From assembly GCA_021776735.1 (NCBI GenBank), contig JAJFFH010000008.1, forward strand, positions 4,490 through 68,489: a stretch of DNA of 64,000 nt, in the 5' to 3' direction. The notes beneath the pieces are model-generated. The model saw only the letters and a list, made by a program, of their open reading frames with translations, made no database searches and was not told where the DNA came from. Numbering within the stretch: the first letter of the stretch is position 1; each line of letters starts with the position of its first letter. The stretch comes from Planctomycetota bacterium. GTDB taxonomy: Bacteria; Planctomycetota; PLA2. The position numbers were made by a program, and so were the translations under genes. Below are positions 52,364 to 59,495 of the stretch, one piece after another.

Positions 52364-53806
52364 CTATTCCGCCAGCAGCTTGTCGAGGACCTTGCGGAAC
52401 TTCGCCACCGCCGCCGGGCGGTCCTTGAGCAGCGCGCCCGACTTCAGGAACCGGATGCGGCCCTTCTTGTCGATGACCACCGCATGCGGCCAGCAGGCCA
52501 GCGCGTACTTCGCCTTCGGTTCGCTCTTGTCGATCATCACGATGTCCCAGGTCACCGTGTGGTTTTTCAGGAACGTGGCGATGATGTCTCTTTCCTTGGT
52601 GCGGTACTCCGCGGCCTGCTCGTCCGTGGCGTTGCGCTCGAGCCGCAACGTCGGCGGTGTTCGCCCGGTGGACTTGTCCTTGAAGTCGTCGTCGAGGTCG
52701 TAGCGGTGTTCCCACACATAGCCCGCCGTCGCGGTCACGCCGACGATCGCGAGCGGCTTGTCCTTGTAGTCCTTGACGATGTCGCGCAACGCGGGGAAAG
52801 AGCGGATGCACCACGGGCACCACGTCGCCCAGAAGTCCACGATCACGACCCGGCCCTTGTACGCAGCCAAGTTCGGCTCGCCCTGGAACAGATGCTCCAG
52901 CGTCCATGCCGTTGCCGGAGTGCCGACGAGTTCAAGGGGCCTTATGAGGCCGCCCATTCGCTGGAGCGTCGATCGCCCGCGGCGGACCTGCTGCTCGGCG
53001 CGGCGGAGTTGTTGTTCGTGGTTCGGACCCCATTTGTCTTCCGGTGTGCCCTGCAATCCCCCGAGCGTCTTGTCGAGGCTCTCGACATGCTGCTCGTAGA
53101 TGCCGGAGAGTTCCGTGATGAGCTTGTTCGCCTTGTCGCGCGTCGCTTCGAGCCGGTCGAGATCGACTGTCTCCTTCAAGAGCATGCCGATGATGCCGCG
53201 TGCCGCGTTGTAGGCGCCCGCCGGTGATCCGCGGGCCGCGGCCATGGAGTGCTCGACCGCCGCGCCGGTGTTGCCGAGTAGGTCGTGACAACTTCCGAGC
53301 ACGGTGTGCAGGGTCGCCTGCTGACGCGCGTCGAGCTGCGCCAGTTCGCTCTCGGCCCAATGCAAGGCTTCCGCGCCCTGCTTGAGCTTGATGTCGCCGG
53401 CGGTCAGCGCGCCTCGCGTTGCCTGTGCGTACGCGATCCACGTCCCCGCGCGGAGGTTTTTGGGCAGGGTCTTGTCCTTGAGACACGCCGCGAACGAAGC
53501 CATGGCGTCGCCGCTCTTGCCGGCCATCGACTGGAACTTGCCGAGGAAGTAGCGCTCCTCACCGCCGGCTTCCTGACCGGCAGCAGTCCACGTCGCCACG
53601 AACGATTTCGGCGTGTCTCTTTGAATACGGCGGTACTCGTTGAAGTCGCGGCTCTTTCGCGCCGTGTCGAGCTGCGCCTGCATGTCTTGCCAGGCGCGTT
53701 TGGGGCTGGACTTTGCGGCGTTCTCTTTTTCGGGCGCGTCGGCCGGCGGCGTTTCTTCAGCCGCGGCGACGAGGACGAGCAGACACAAGACGGTGAATTC
53801 GCGCAT
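52364..53806 (-). CDS. secreted TlpA-like thioredoxin-fold (redoxin) protein with N-terminal helical domain
   Basis: Signal MREFTVLCLLVLVAAA. Redox motif in VVIVDFWATWCPWCIRSFPAL. GGAGG Shine-Dalgarno 8 nt upstream of ATG 53806. Confidence 0.8.
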   Translation of the reverse strand: MREFTVLCLLVLVAAAEETPPADAPEKENAAKSSPKRAWQDMQAQLDTARKSRDFNEYRRIQRDTPKSFVATWTAAGQEAGGEERYFLGKFQSMAGKSGDAMASFAACLKDKTLPKNLRAGTWIAYAQATRGALTAGDIKLKQGAEALHWAESELAQLDARQQATLHTVLGSCHDLLGNTGAAVEHSMAAARGSPAGAYNAARGIIGMLLKETVDLDRLEATRDKANKLITELSGIYEQHVESLDKTLGGLQGTPEDKWGPNHEQQLRRAEQQVRRGRSTLQRMGGLIRPLELVGTPATAWTLEHLFQGEPNLAAYKGRVVIVDFWATWCPWCIRSFPALRDIVKDYKDKPLAIVGVTATAGYVWEHRYDLDDDFKDKSTGRTPPTLRLERNATDEQAAEYRTKERDIIATFLKNHTVTWDIVMIDKSEPKAKYALACWPHAVVIDKKGRIRFLKSGALLKDRPAAVAKFRKVLDKLLAE

Positions 53807-53862
53807 GGTTCCGGCCTCCGAACAAAGCGTAGCAAAACCGGCCGTTGGGCGGCCGGGCGGTG

Positions 53863-53881
53863 GAAATCGCCGTCCGTAGGC
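53863..53881 (+). repeat. ATCGCCGTCCGT motif copy (exact core 53866-53877, top strand)
   Basis: GAAATCGCCGTCCGTAGGC followed by T6, between the divergent starts 53806 and 53989. Confidence 0.9.
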
Positions 53882-53988
53882 TTTTTTCAAACTCCGTCCT
53901 GTCGCGTCGCTGCTCAATCTAGAAAGCCGGCGCACGGCGGCGTACAACCAAGGGAACCTAAGTCCGAACATCAGGAGTCAAAAAGGTC

Positions 53989-54900
53989 ATGCGTCGTCTG
54001 ATTGCTACCCTTGCGGCCGTGGCGCTCGTTTCGAGCGTCGGGTCCGCCGGGAAACACGATATCAAGCCCAGTGTCGGCTACGCGCCGTCGTGGGCGGCCG
54101 CCGTCGAGGAGGCCAAGCTGCTCAACGTCCCCATTGTCGTTCACAGCCACGGCTTTTTCTGACCCCCCTGTTGGGGGATGCACCGTGGCGTGCTCCAAAA
54201 CAAGAAGTACATCAAGTTCGCCGATGCCAACACCGTCGAGGTGATCGCGCTCGGCAGGCTCGGCGAAGGGATCAGCAAGAAGGACAAGCGAGCCGATACG
54301 TACACGACGAAGAGCGGCGAGACCTACCTCGTCGAGTTCCCCGGCATGACCGTCGCGCAGATGAACGCGGTCAGGGGATCCAAGGCCGGCAGCTACAACA
54401 AGACGGGCAAGATTCCGTACACCGCCATCGTCAATCCGCACACCGGCGAGGAGATAACCTCCCTGCCCGGCGGCCAGAGTTCGAAATCGCTCATGGAAGC
54501 GGTGCTCGGGGCCAAGAAGAAGCTCAACAAGCAGTACGGCGCGAGCCTGAGCCGCAAGACGCTGCGCAAGGTCGAGAAGGCCGGTCGCGAGATTCGCCAG
54601 TACCTCGACATCAGCGACATCAACAAGGCGATGCGCACTCTGTCGAAGCTCGAGAAGAAGACGGCGAAGGAGGGCGACGCGCTGAAGGCGAAGGTCGCCG
54701 GAATCCGCAAGGACATTCTCGACCACGCGACGAAGATGCTCGACACCGTCGAGGGCCTGATCGCTCGCGACGAGCTCAAGACCGCGTCGAAGACCCTGGG
54801 CAAGCTCAAGCGCGCTCTGAAAAAGACCGCGCTCGAGACTCGCGCGAACGAGCTTGACGAAAAGCTCAAGGCCAAGAAGGCCGCCGCTTCCGACGAGTAG
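53989..54900 (+). CDS. secreted thioredoxin-fold protein with in-frame TGA (54160-54162) in a UxxC motif, selenocysteine candidate
   Basis: ATG 53989 (AGGAG 11 nt upstream) gives the signal MRRLIATLAAVALVSSVGSAG, then ...AKLLNVPIVVHSHGFF-TGA-PPCWGMHRGVLQNKKYIKFADANTVEVIAL..., in frame with ORF 54178..54900. The TGA occupies the first Cys of a thioredoxin-type CxxC. Lys-rich helical tail. Confidence 0.7.
54176..54196 (+). promoter_or_regulatory. candidate bacterial SECIS-like hairpin
   Basis: GGA(T)GCAC-CGTGGC-GTGCTCC: 7 bp with one bulge. The loop contains GU and lies 22-27 nt after the UGA. A second small hairpin CCCCC-n-GGGGG abuts the UGA. Not validated. Confidence 0.35.
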
Positions 54901-54924
54901 CCGGTCGCCAGAAGAAGAGTCCAA

Positions 54925-54958
54925 GCGGGCGCCCCCTCACGGGGCCGCCCGCTTTTTT
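54925..54958 (+). terminator. rho-independent terminator
   Basis: GCGGGCGCCCC-CTCAC-GGGGCCGCCCGC (11 bp with one bulge) followed by TTTTTT; 24 nt after stop 54900. Confidence 0.75.
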
Positions 54959-55087
54959 CGTGGGTGTAGGGGGCGCGAGGGCATGGCCCCGGTACATGGC
55001 CTTGCAGCCGTAGCGTCCAGACATGTTCGAGCGCCGCTCGGATGCTGGAACCTAACGAAAACCGACGAAGGCGATTTTCGCAGCGTG

Positions 55088-55093
55088 TAACGT
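55088..55093 (+). promoter_or_regulatory. -10-like hexamer TAACGT, 9 nt before GTG 55103
   Basis: TAnnnT hexamer at leaderless-type spacing. Confidence 0.4.
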
Positions 55094-55102
55094 ACGGGAA
55101 TC

Positions 55103-55504
55103 GTGACAACCAAACCCCTACGCACCTTCTCCGGCGTCCCCTGGGAAAAACGCGTCGGCTACTGCCGCGCGCTGCGCACCGGAGACCGCATCGTCGTGAC
55201 CGGGACCGCGCCCGTGGCCGAAGACGGATCAGTCTTCGCGCCGGGCGACGCCTACGCGCAGGCGCGCCGCTGCCTCGAGATCATCGAGCAGGCCCTCGCC
55301 GACTTGGGCGCCGATCTTTCGCATGTCGTGCGGACGCGAATGTTTGTCACCGACATCGACCGTTGGGACGAGTTCGGGCGCGCCCATGCCGAGGCGTTTC
55401 GGGACCATCCGCCCGCGACGACGATGGTCGAGATTCAACGGCTGATCGACCCGGCAATGCTGATCGAAATCGAAGCGGAAGCCGTCGCGCAGGCGCGCGA
55501 GTAG
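55103..55504 (+). CDS. RidA/YjgF/UK114-family protein
   Basis: 133 aa. RIVVTGTAPVAEDGSVFAPGDAYAQARRCLEIIEQALADLGADLSHVVRTRMFVTDI...ATTMVEIQRL...IEIEAEA is the family pattern. Confidence 0.85.
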   Translation: MTTKPLRTFSGVPWEKRVGYCRALRTGDRIVVTGTAPVAEDGSVFAPGDAYAQARRCLEIIEQALADLGADLSHVVRTRMFVTDIDRWDEFGRAHAEAFRDHPPATTMVEIQRLIDPAMLIEIEAEAVAQARE

Positions 55505-55591
55505 CGATTCCCAGGGAGGGACTTGACGACCCGCGCCCTAGAGTCTAAAATTCAGACTAGTTTGAAGTTGAAGACGAAGGAGAGCAGATCC

Positions 55592-56503
55592 ATGACCGGA
55601 GGCAGAATTCTCGTGGTTGTCCTGGTGGCCGGAGGTGCCGGCTTCGGTGGGGGGATGCTTGCGCAGGCGTTGCGCTCGGCCCCCCAAGCCGCGCGCGCCG
55701 ATGCGCAGCCGGGCGAACGTACGCTCGCGCCCCGCGCGGACGGTGTCGCCCGCGAGCGGATCGATACCCTTGCGCGACGGCTCGACGGGCGGCTCGACGA
55801 ACTCGAGAAGCGGTCGTCCGTCGGACGAGTGTCTGATGGGGCCGGTGGCGCCGATGTCGGAGGGCAGCAGACGGACGGCGATGCACCCGGTGGCAGGGCG
55901 GACCTGGCGAATCGCTCGGCGCCCGGACCGGTGGCGGACCTTGTTACCGAACTCGCGAGCCGGCCTTACACCCATCGGCGCTCGGAGCGGCTGTTCGGCC
56001 ACTTGGCGCGCAAGCATGGCGAGATCGCCTCGACAATCGCGCGACTCAAGAAGGCGCTAGCAAAGGATCCGGACAACCCGCATCTGCACGCAGCGCTCGG
56101 CACGGCGCTCACCGCCAAGACCGCGTTTGCGACCGCGCCGGGGCCGGAACAGGGCACGGTCTGGCGCGAGGCCGAGAAGTCGTTCCAAAAGGCGATCGAG
56201 CTCAAGCCCGACCACTGGGAGGCGCGGTACAGCCTGGCGTTCGGCGACAGTATGGCGCCCGAGTTTGTCGGCCTGCGGCCGCGCGCCATCAAGCGCTTCG
56301 AGGCACTGATCGAGCTGCAGGAACAGCAGGCCCACGCCGATGATCACGCCCTTGCGTACATGCGGCTCGGCACCTTGTACAAGGACGCGGGCAACGCAAG
56401 AAAGGCGCGCGCGGTCTGGGATCGCGGTCGCCAGCGGCACCCGAAGAGCGAGCCGCTCGGGCAAGCGCTCAAACTGATCGGAAAGGCCGACAACGATGAC
56501 TGA
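55592..56503 (+). CDS. membrane-anchored TPR-like protein
   Basis: ATG 55592 with GAAGGAG upstream. TM GRILVVVLVAGGAGFGGGML, a low-complexity linker, then TPR-like helices (AEKSFQKAIELKPDHWEARYSLAF; ALAYMRLGTLYKDAGNARKARAVWDRG). Confidence 0.7.
   Translation: MTGGRILVVVLVAGGAGFGGGMLAQALRSAPQAARADAQPGERTLAPRADGVARERIDTLARRLDGRLDELEKRSSVGRVSDGAGGADVGGQQTDGDAPGGRADLANRSAPGPVADLVTELASRPYTHRRSERLFGHLARKHGEIASTIARLKKALAKDPDNPHLHAALGTALTAKTAFATAPGPEQGTVWREAEKSFQKAIELKPDHWEARYSLAFGDSMAPEFVGLRPRAIKRFEALIELQEQQAHADDHALAYMRLGTLYKDAGNARKARAVWDRGRQRHPKSEPLGQALKLIGKADNDD
55867..55886 (-). repeat. ATCGCCGTCCGT motif copy (exact core 55871-55882, bottom strand) inside CDS
   Basis: GCAGACGGACGGCGATGCAC; antisense to gene 55592..56503, encoding ...QQTDGDAP... 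in its low-complexity linker. Confidence 0.9.
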
Positions 56504-57149
56504 CGAGCGTCATTCCAGCCCCGACGGTCCCGACGGTCCCGGCGGTTCCGGCAGCAGCAGCGGCGCGGCGGCGTCCGGCGACCTCGGCTACATCCGGGAC
56601 GTTCTTGCCCGCACCGAGGCGCGGATCGATCCGCACGCGTTCCACTTCGTGATGTGGGGCACGCTCGTTTTGGTGTGCTATCCGCTGCTTAACTGGTTCG
56701 AACTCATGCATCGTCCGCGCTGGATGTTGTCGATCGGTGTCGGTGGGCTCGTTCTGGGCAGCGTCCTGAGTTGCGTGTTCGAGATCCGGTTGGCGCGGTG
56801 CCCACGGCTGTCCGGCGAAAACACGTTCGTGGGCCGCCAGGTCGAGCAGATCGTGTGGCTCAACGTCGGCATGGGCGTGCTGTTCAGTGCGATCGGCCCC
56901 GCCAGTGGCCTCATCCCGCATCAAGCCGTCCAGCTCGTTTGGGGGTTTGCGTACGCGAACATGGCCTACATGGTCGGCGTCGTCTACCGGATCGAGTACC
57001 TCGTCGCGGGTCTCGCCATCGCCGTCGGCACGCTTGCTGCGTGGTTCGTGCCCCCGTACCGTGGTTTTATCCTTGGCCCGTTCATGGGACTCGGCATGAT
57101 CATTCCCGGCGTAATGGCCGAGCGCCGCGTCGCGCGCCTGCGCGAGTAG
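56496..57149 (+). CDS. integral membrane protein (217 aa)
   Basis: Gly/Ser-rich N-terminus, then about 5 TM helices. Overlaps the preceding stop. Immediately followed by a wHTH regulator gene. Confidence 0.7.
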   Translation: MTDERHSSPDGPDGPGGSGSSSGAAASGDLGYIRDVLARTEARIDPHAFHFVMWGTLVLVCYPLLNWFELMHRPRWMLSIGVGGLVLGSVLSCVFEIRLARCPRLSGENTFVGRQVEQIVWLNVGMGVLFSAIGPASGLIPHQAVQLVWGFAYANMAYMVGVVYRIEYLVAGLAIAVGTLAAWFVPPYRGFILGPFMGLGMIIPGVMAERRVARLRE

Positions 57150-57153
57150 CGCC

Positions 57154-57459
57154 TTGCGAGAGCAGCTCTTGGAACACGACTTCGACCCGGTCCTCTTGTC
57201 GCGCGCGCGACTCGGCATCGTGACCGTACTGATGACCCGTCGGGACGCGACCTTCCCCGACCTGAAGGGCCTGCTCGGCCTCACGCAGGGCAACCTCGGC
57301 GTGCATCTCAGAAAGCTCGAAGACGAAGGCTACGTGAAGGTCAAAAAGGACTTCGTGAAACGCAAGCCACGCACAACCGCCAGGCTGACGGCGAAGGGCA
57401 AGAAAGCCTTCCTTGCCCACGTGAAGCAGCTCGAACGCATCGCCCGCGACGCGAAGTAA
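57154..57459 (+). CDS. winged-helix transcriptional regulator (ArsR/MarR-like small wHTH)
   Basis: RARLGIVTVLMTRRDATFPDLKGLLGLTQGNLGVHLRKLEDEGYVKVKKDFVKRKPRTTARLTAKGKKAF. Confidence 0.8.
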   Translation: MREQLLEHDFDPVLLSRARLGIVTVLMTRRDATFPDLKGLLGLTQGNLGVHLRKLEDEGYVKVKKDFVKRKPRTTARLTAKGKKAFLAHVKQLERIARDAK

Positions 57460-57496
57460 CGCGCCACCCAGCGAGAGCAGAATGAGCAGGAAAAGA

Positions 57497-57515
57497 GCAA
57501 ACGGACGGCGATGTG
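57497..57515 (-). repeat. ATCGCCGTCCGT motif copy (exact core 57501-57512, bottom strand)
   Basis: GCAAACGGACGGCGATGTG; 37 nt after stop 57459, at the left edge of the composite repeat locus. Confidence 0.9.
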
Positions 57516-57738
57516 CGTGCGATCACGGCGCGGTCGGTGACCCAGAAATGGAAACACGAGGGCCACGGAGGATGAGAGGAAAGGGAACCACGAAGGGCGC
57601 GAAGAGCACGAAGGCAGGAGAGAGACATGAAATGACCCGCGGGATCCAACCTCCGTGTGCCAGTTTCATACCCGACCCCGACCCCGAACCCGAACCCGAA
57701 CCCGATTCCACCGAGAAGCACTACGACAGCTGACGAAG

Positions 57739-57824
57739 CGTTCACGTTCAGGAAGGACGTTCACGTAGCGCTTGCCGAACACGCGGAAGTCGATCATTCG
57801 AACAACCCGCGACGCAGTCGCGAC
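57739..57824 (+). repeat. 86-nt repeat unit U1
   Basis: CGTTCACGTTCAGGAAGGACGTTCACGTAGCGCTTGCCGAACACGCGGAAGTCGATCATTCGAACAACCCGCGACGCAGTCGCGAC. Confidence 0.9.
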
Positions 57825-57918
57825 CCGAACCCGAACCCGAACCCGAACCCGAACCCGAACCCGAACCCGAACCCGAACCCGAACCCGAACCCGAACCCGA
57901 ACCCGAACCCGAACCCGA
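57824..57918 (+). repeat. (CCCGAA)n microsatellite, about 16 perfect units
   Basis: Read directly from the sequence. Same hexamer family as inside the TIR gene (37231-37396), in the opposite strand orientation. Confidence 0.95.
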
Positions 57919-57976
57919 GCAGCCGTTCCCATTCACGAACGACGTTCACGTAGCGCATGCTGATCGCGCACCGGGA

Positions 57977-58384
57977 TCAACCCGGCGTTCGCGAACGCTG
58001 ACTCTGGATGAGCCGCGTCAACATCGCGCCGACCCGGTTCGTGTATGAGAGCAGCTCGTCGGACGTGTCCTGCGAGATGACCTTGACGATCGTGGCCAGC
58101 TCGAGAGCCGCGGCACCCTCGAGGCACTCCGCCTGCGCGATGGTGTAGCGGTAAGCCTTGTCCGCCGGCTTCCAGCGCCCCGCACCCTCGGCGATATTGA
58201 GAACCGTGGCCGTAGCGCAACGCCGCAACTGGTCCTTGATCGCTCCGTAACCACGCGGGAACGAAGCAGCCGATTCTTCGACGCCAGCAAACAGCAAGAT
58301 CGCGACCCGATAGACATCAAGCCGTTGGTGAGGTGCCAGGGACGATGCCCGGGAGGCCGCGGAGAAGTTTCGGTTGTCGGTCAT
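57977..58384 (-). CDS. four-helix-bundle protein (23S rRNA intervening-sequence protein / Avd-like family)
   Basis: 135 aa. [77 protein letters not shown] matches the TIGR02436-type pattern. AAGGAG Shine-Dalgarno. Confidence 0.85.
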   Translation of the reverse strand: MTDNRNFSAASRASSLAPHQRLDVYRVAILLFAGVEESAASFPRGYGAIKDQLRRCATATVLNIAEGAGRWKPADKAYRYTIAQAECLEGAAALELATIVKVISQDTSDELLSYTNRVGAMLTRLIQSQRSRTPG

Positions 58385-58404
58385 GGAAGACTCCTTTCAA
58401 CGGG

Positions 58405-58449
58405 GAGCGCCTATCGCCCCACGCAAGTGGATAGGGGCGATGGGCGCTC
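58405..58449. promoter_or_regulatory. 16-bp-stem palindrome in the 5' region of four-helix-bundle gene A
   Basis: GAGCGCCTATCGCCCC-13 nt-GGGGCGATGGGCGCTC (one mismatch). The arm plus loop CCACTTGCGTGGGGCGAT(A/T)GGCGC recurs upstream of gene B (58758-58783). Confidence 0.55.
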
Positions 58450-58510
58450 TCCCGACAGTAGCCCCCGGCAACCGATCCGCCCGCGAGTCCGACGGCCAAG
58501 CGACCGAACC

Positions 58511-58602
58511 CGTTCGCGTTCACGAACGACGTTCACGTTCACGTAGTGCTTGCTGGATACGCGGGAGTCGATCATTCGAACAACCCGCGACGTAGACGCG
58601 AC
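58511..58602 (+). repeat. 86-nt repeat unit U3 (with a 6-nt internal duplication)
   Basis: CGTTCGCGTTCACGAACGACGTTCACGTTCACGTAGTGCTTGCTGGATACGCGGGAGTCGATCATTCGAACAACCCGCGACGTAGACGCGAC. Confidence 0.9.
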
Positions 58603-58810
58603 CCGACCCCGACCCCGACCCCCGACCCCGAACCCGAATGACGTTCGCGTTCACGTAGCGCTTGCTGACTCGAACGACGGCGGGACGATCAACGCACCCT
58701 GCGCGGGCGCTCTAATTCGGGTGGGCGACCTGGGGGGAGGGGGCCTAGCGCCCCCTTCCACTTGCGTGGGGCGATTGGCGCCCCCCGTCGCAACCCTGGA
58801 GGAACTCCAA

Positions 58811-59194
58811 GTGAACCATTCTCTTTCACCGTTCGCTCACGAAAGGCTCGATGTCTATCGTGTCGCGCTGCGGCTGTTTTCCGATGTTGAAGAGGTTGTG
58901 AATCTGGCGCCCGCCGGACACGGCGATCTCCTCAGACAACTTCGGCGCTGTGCTGCGTCGACGGTGCTCAACATCGGAGAGTGTGCGAACCGCGGGCACC
59001 ACAAGGACAAGGCATCTCGCTTCATCATTGCTCGCGGCGAATGCGGCGAGTGTGCGTGTGCGTTGGATCTTCTGCACGTCTGCGGGCTGGCGTCCGCCGC
59101 CAGGGTCGCGTCGCTCAAGAACACCGCTCGCAGAGTTGCGGCGATGCTCACCGGGCTCATCCGCCGCGAACGGCGGTTGGCGGAGTCGGGCTGA
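58811..59194 (+). CDS. four-helix-bundle protein (23S rRNA intervening-sequence protein / Avd-like family), paralogue
   Basis: GTG 58811 with GGAGGA upstream. [77 protein letters not shown]. Confidence 0.85.
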   Translation: MNHSLSPFAHERLDVYRVALRLFSDVEEVVNLAPAGHGDLLRQLRRCAASTVLNIGECANRGHHKDKASRFIIARGECGECACALDLLHVCGLASAARVASLKNTARRVAAMLTGLIRRERRLAESG

Positions 59195-59229
59195 TCCGAC
59201 CCGGTCGCCGTCGCGCCGTGCCCCCCAAC

Positions 59230-59315
59230 CGTTCTCGTTCTCGAACGACGTTCACGTAGCGCCTGCCAAATACGCGGATGTCGGCCATTCGAACAATCCG
59301 CGAGGTAGTCGCGAC
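59230..59315 (+). repeat. 86-nt repeat unit U5
   Basis: CGTTCTCGTTCTCGAACGACGTTCACGTAGCGCCTGCCAAATACGCGGATGTCGGCCATTCGAACAATCCGCGAGGTAGTCGCGAC. Confidence 0.9.
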
Positions 59316-59364
59316 CCGACCCCGAACCCCGAGCCCGAACCCATCCCGAATCCGATCCCGAACC

Positions 59365-59450
59365 CGTTCTCGTTCTCGAACGACGTTCACGTAGCGCCTG
59401 CCAAACACGCGGGAGTCGACCATTCGAACCACCCGCGACATGACCGCGAC
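59365..59450 (+). repeat. 86-nt repeat unit U6
   Basis: CGTTCTCGTTCTCGAACGACGTTCACGTAGCGCCTGCCAAACACGCGGGAGTCGACCATTCGAACCACCCGCGACATGACCGCGAC. Confidence 0.9.
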
Positions 59451-59495
59451 CCGAACCCGAACCCGAACCCAAATCCGATCCCGAAACGCCCCGAC

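Larger units (their letters stand above)
57671..59485. repeat. composite repeat locus: (CCCGAA/CCCGAC)n microsatellites plus six copies of an ~86-nt unit around two four-helix-bundle genes
   Basis: Full units at 57739-57824, 58511-58602, 59230-59315 and 59365-59450. Truncated units at 57924-57960 and 58641-58668. Microsatellites at 57671-57705, 57824-57918, 58603-58638, 59316-59364 and 59451-59485. Confidence 0.9.

Noticed and set aside
55502-55594. Same-frame continuity between the RidA gene (TAG 55502-55504) and ORF 55523..56503.
   Set aside because: The stop is TAG, not TGA. RidA is complete at its stop. The downstream gene has a good Shine-Dalgarno plus ATG at 55592.
57657-57953. ORFs translating the hexamer repeats as PNPNPN, RVRVRV or GSGSGS (57657..57953, 57666..57932, 57748..57936, and 36939..37457, 37030..37449, 37099..37677).
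   Set aside because: These are artefacts of a stop-free microsatellite. Only the PE/PD frame within the TIR gene is embedded in a credible protein.
57671-59485. Possible CRISPR array in the repeat-rich locus.
   Set aside because: The repeats are about 86 nt and joined by microsatellites rather than by unique spacers of uniform length. Spacing is irregular and no cas genes are nearby.
57671-59485. Diversity-generating retroelement, because the four-helix-bundle proteins are Avd-like.
   Set aside because: There is no reverse transcriptase gene in or near the locus. Differences between the repeat units are not adenine-specific. No target gene ends in a variable repeat.
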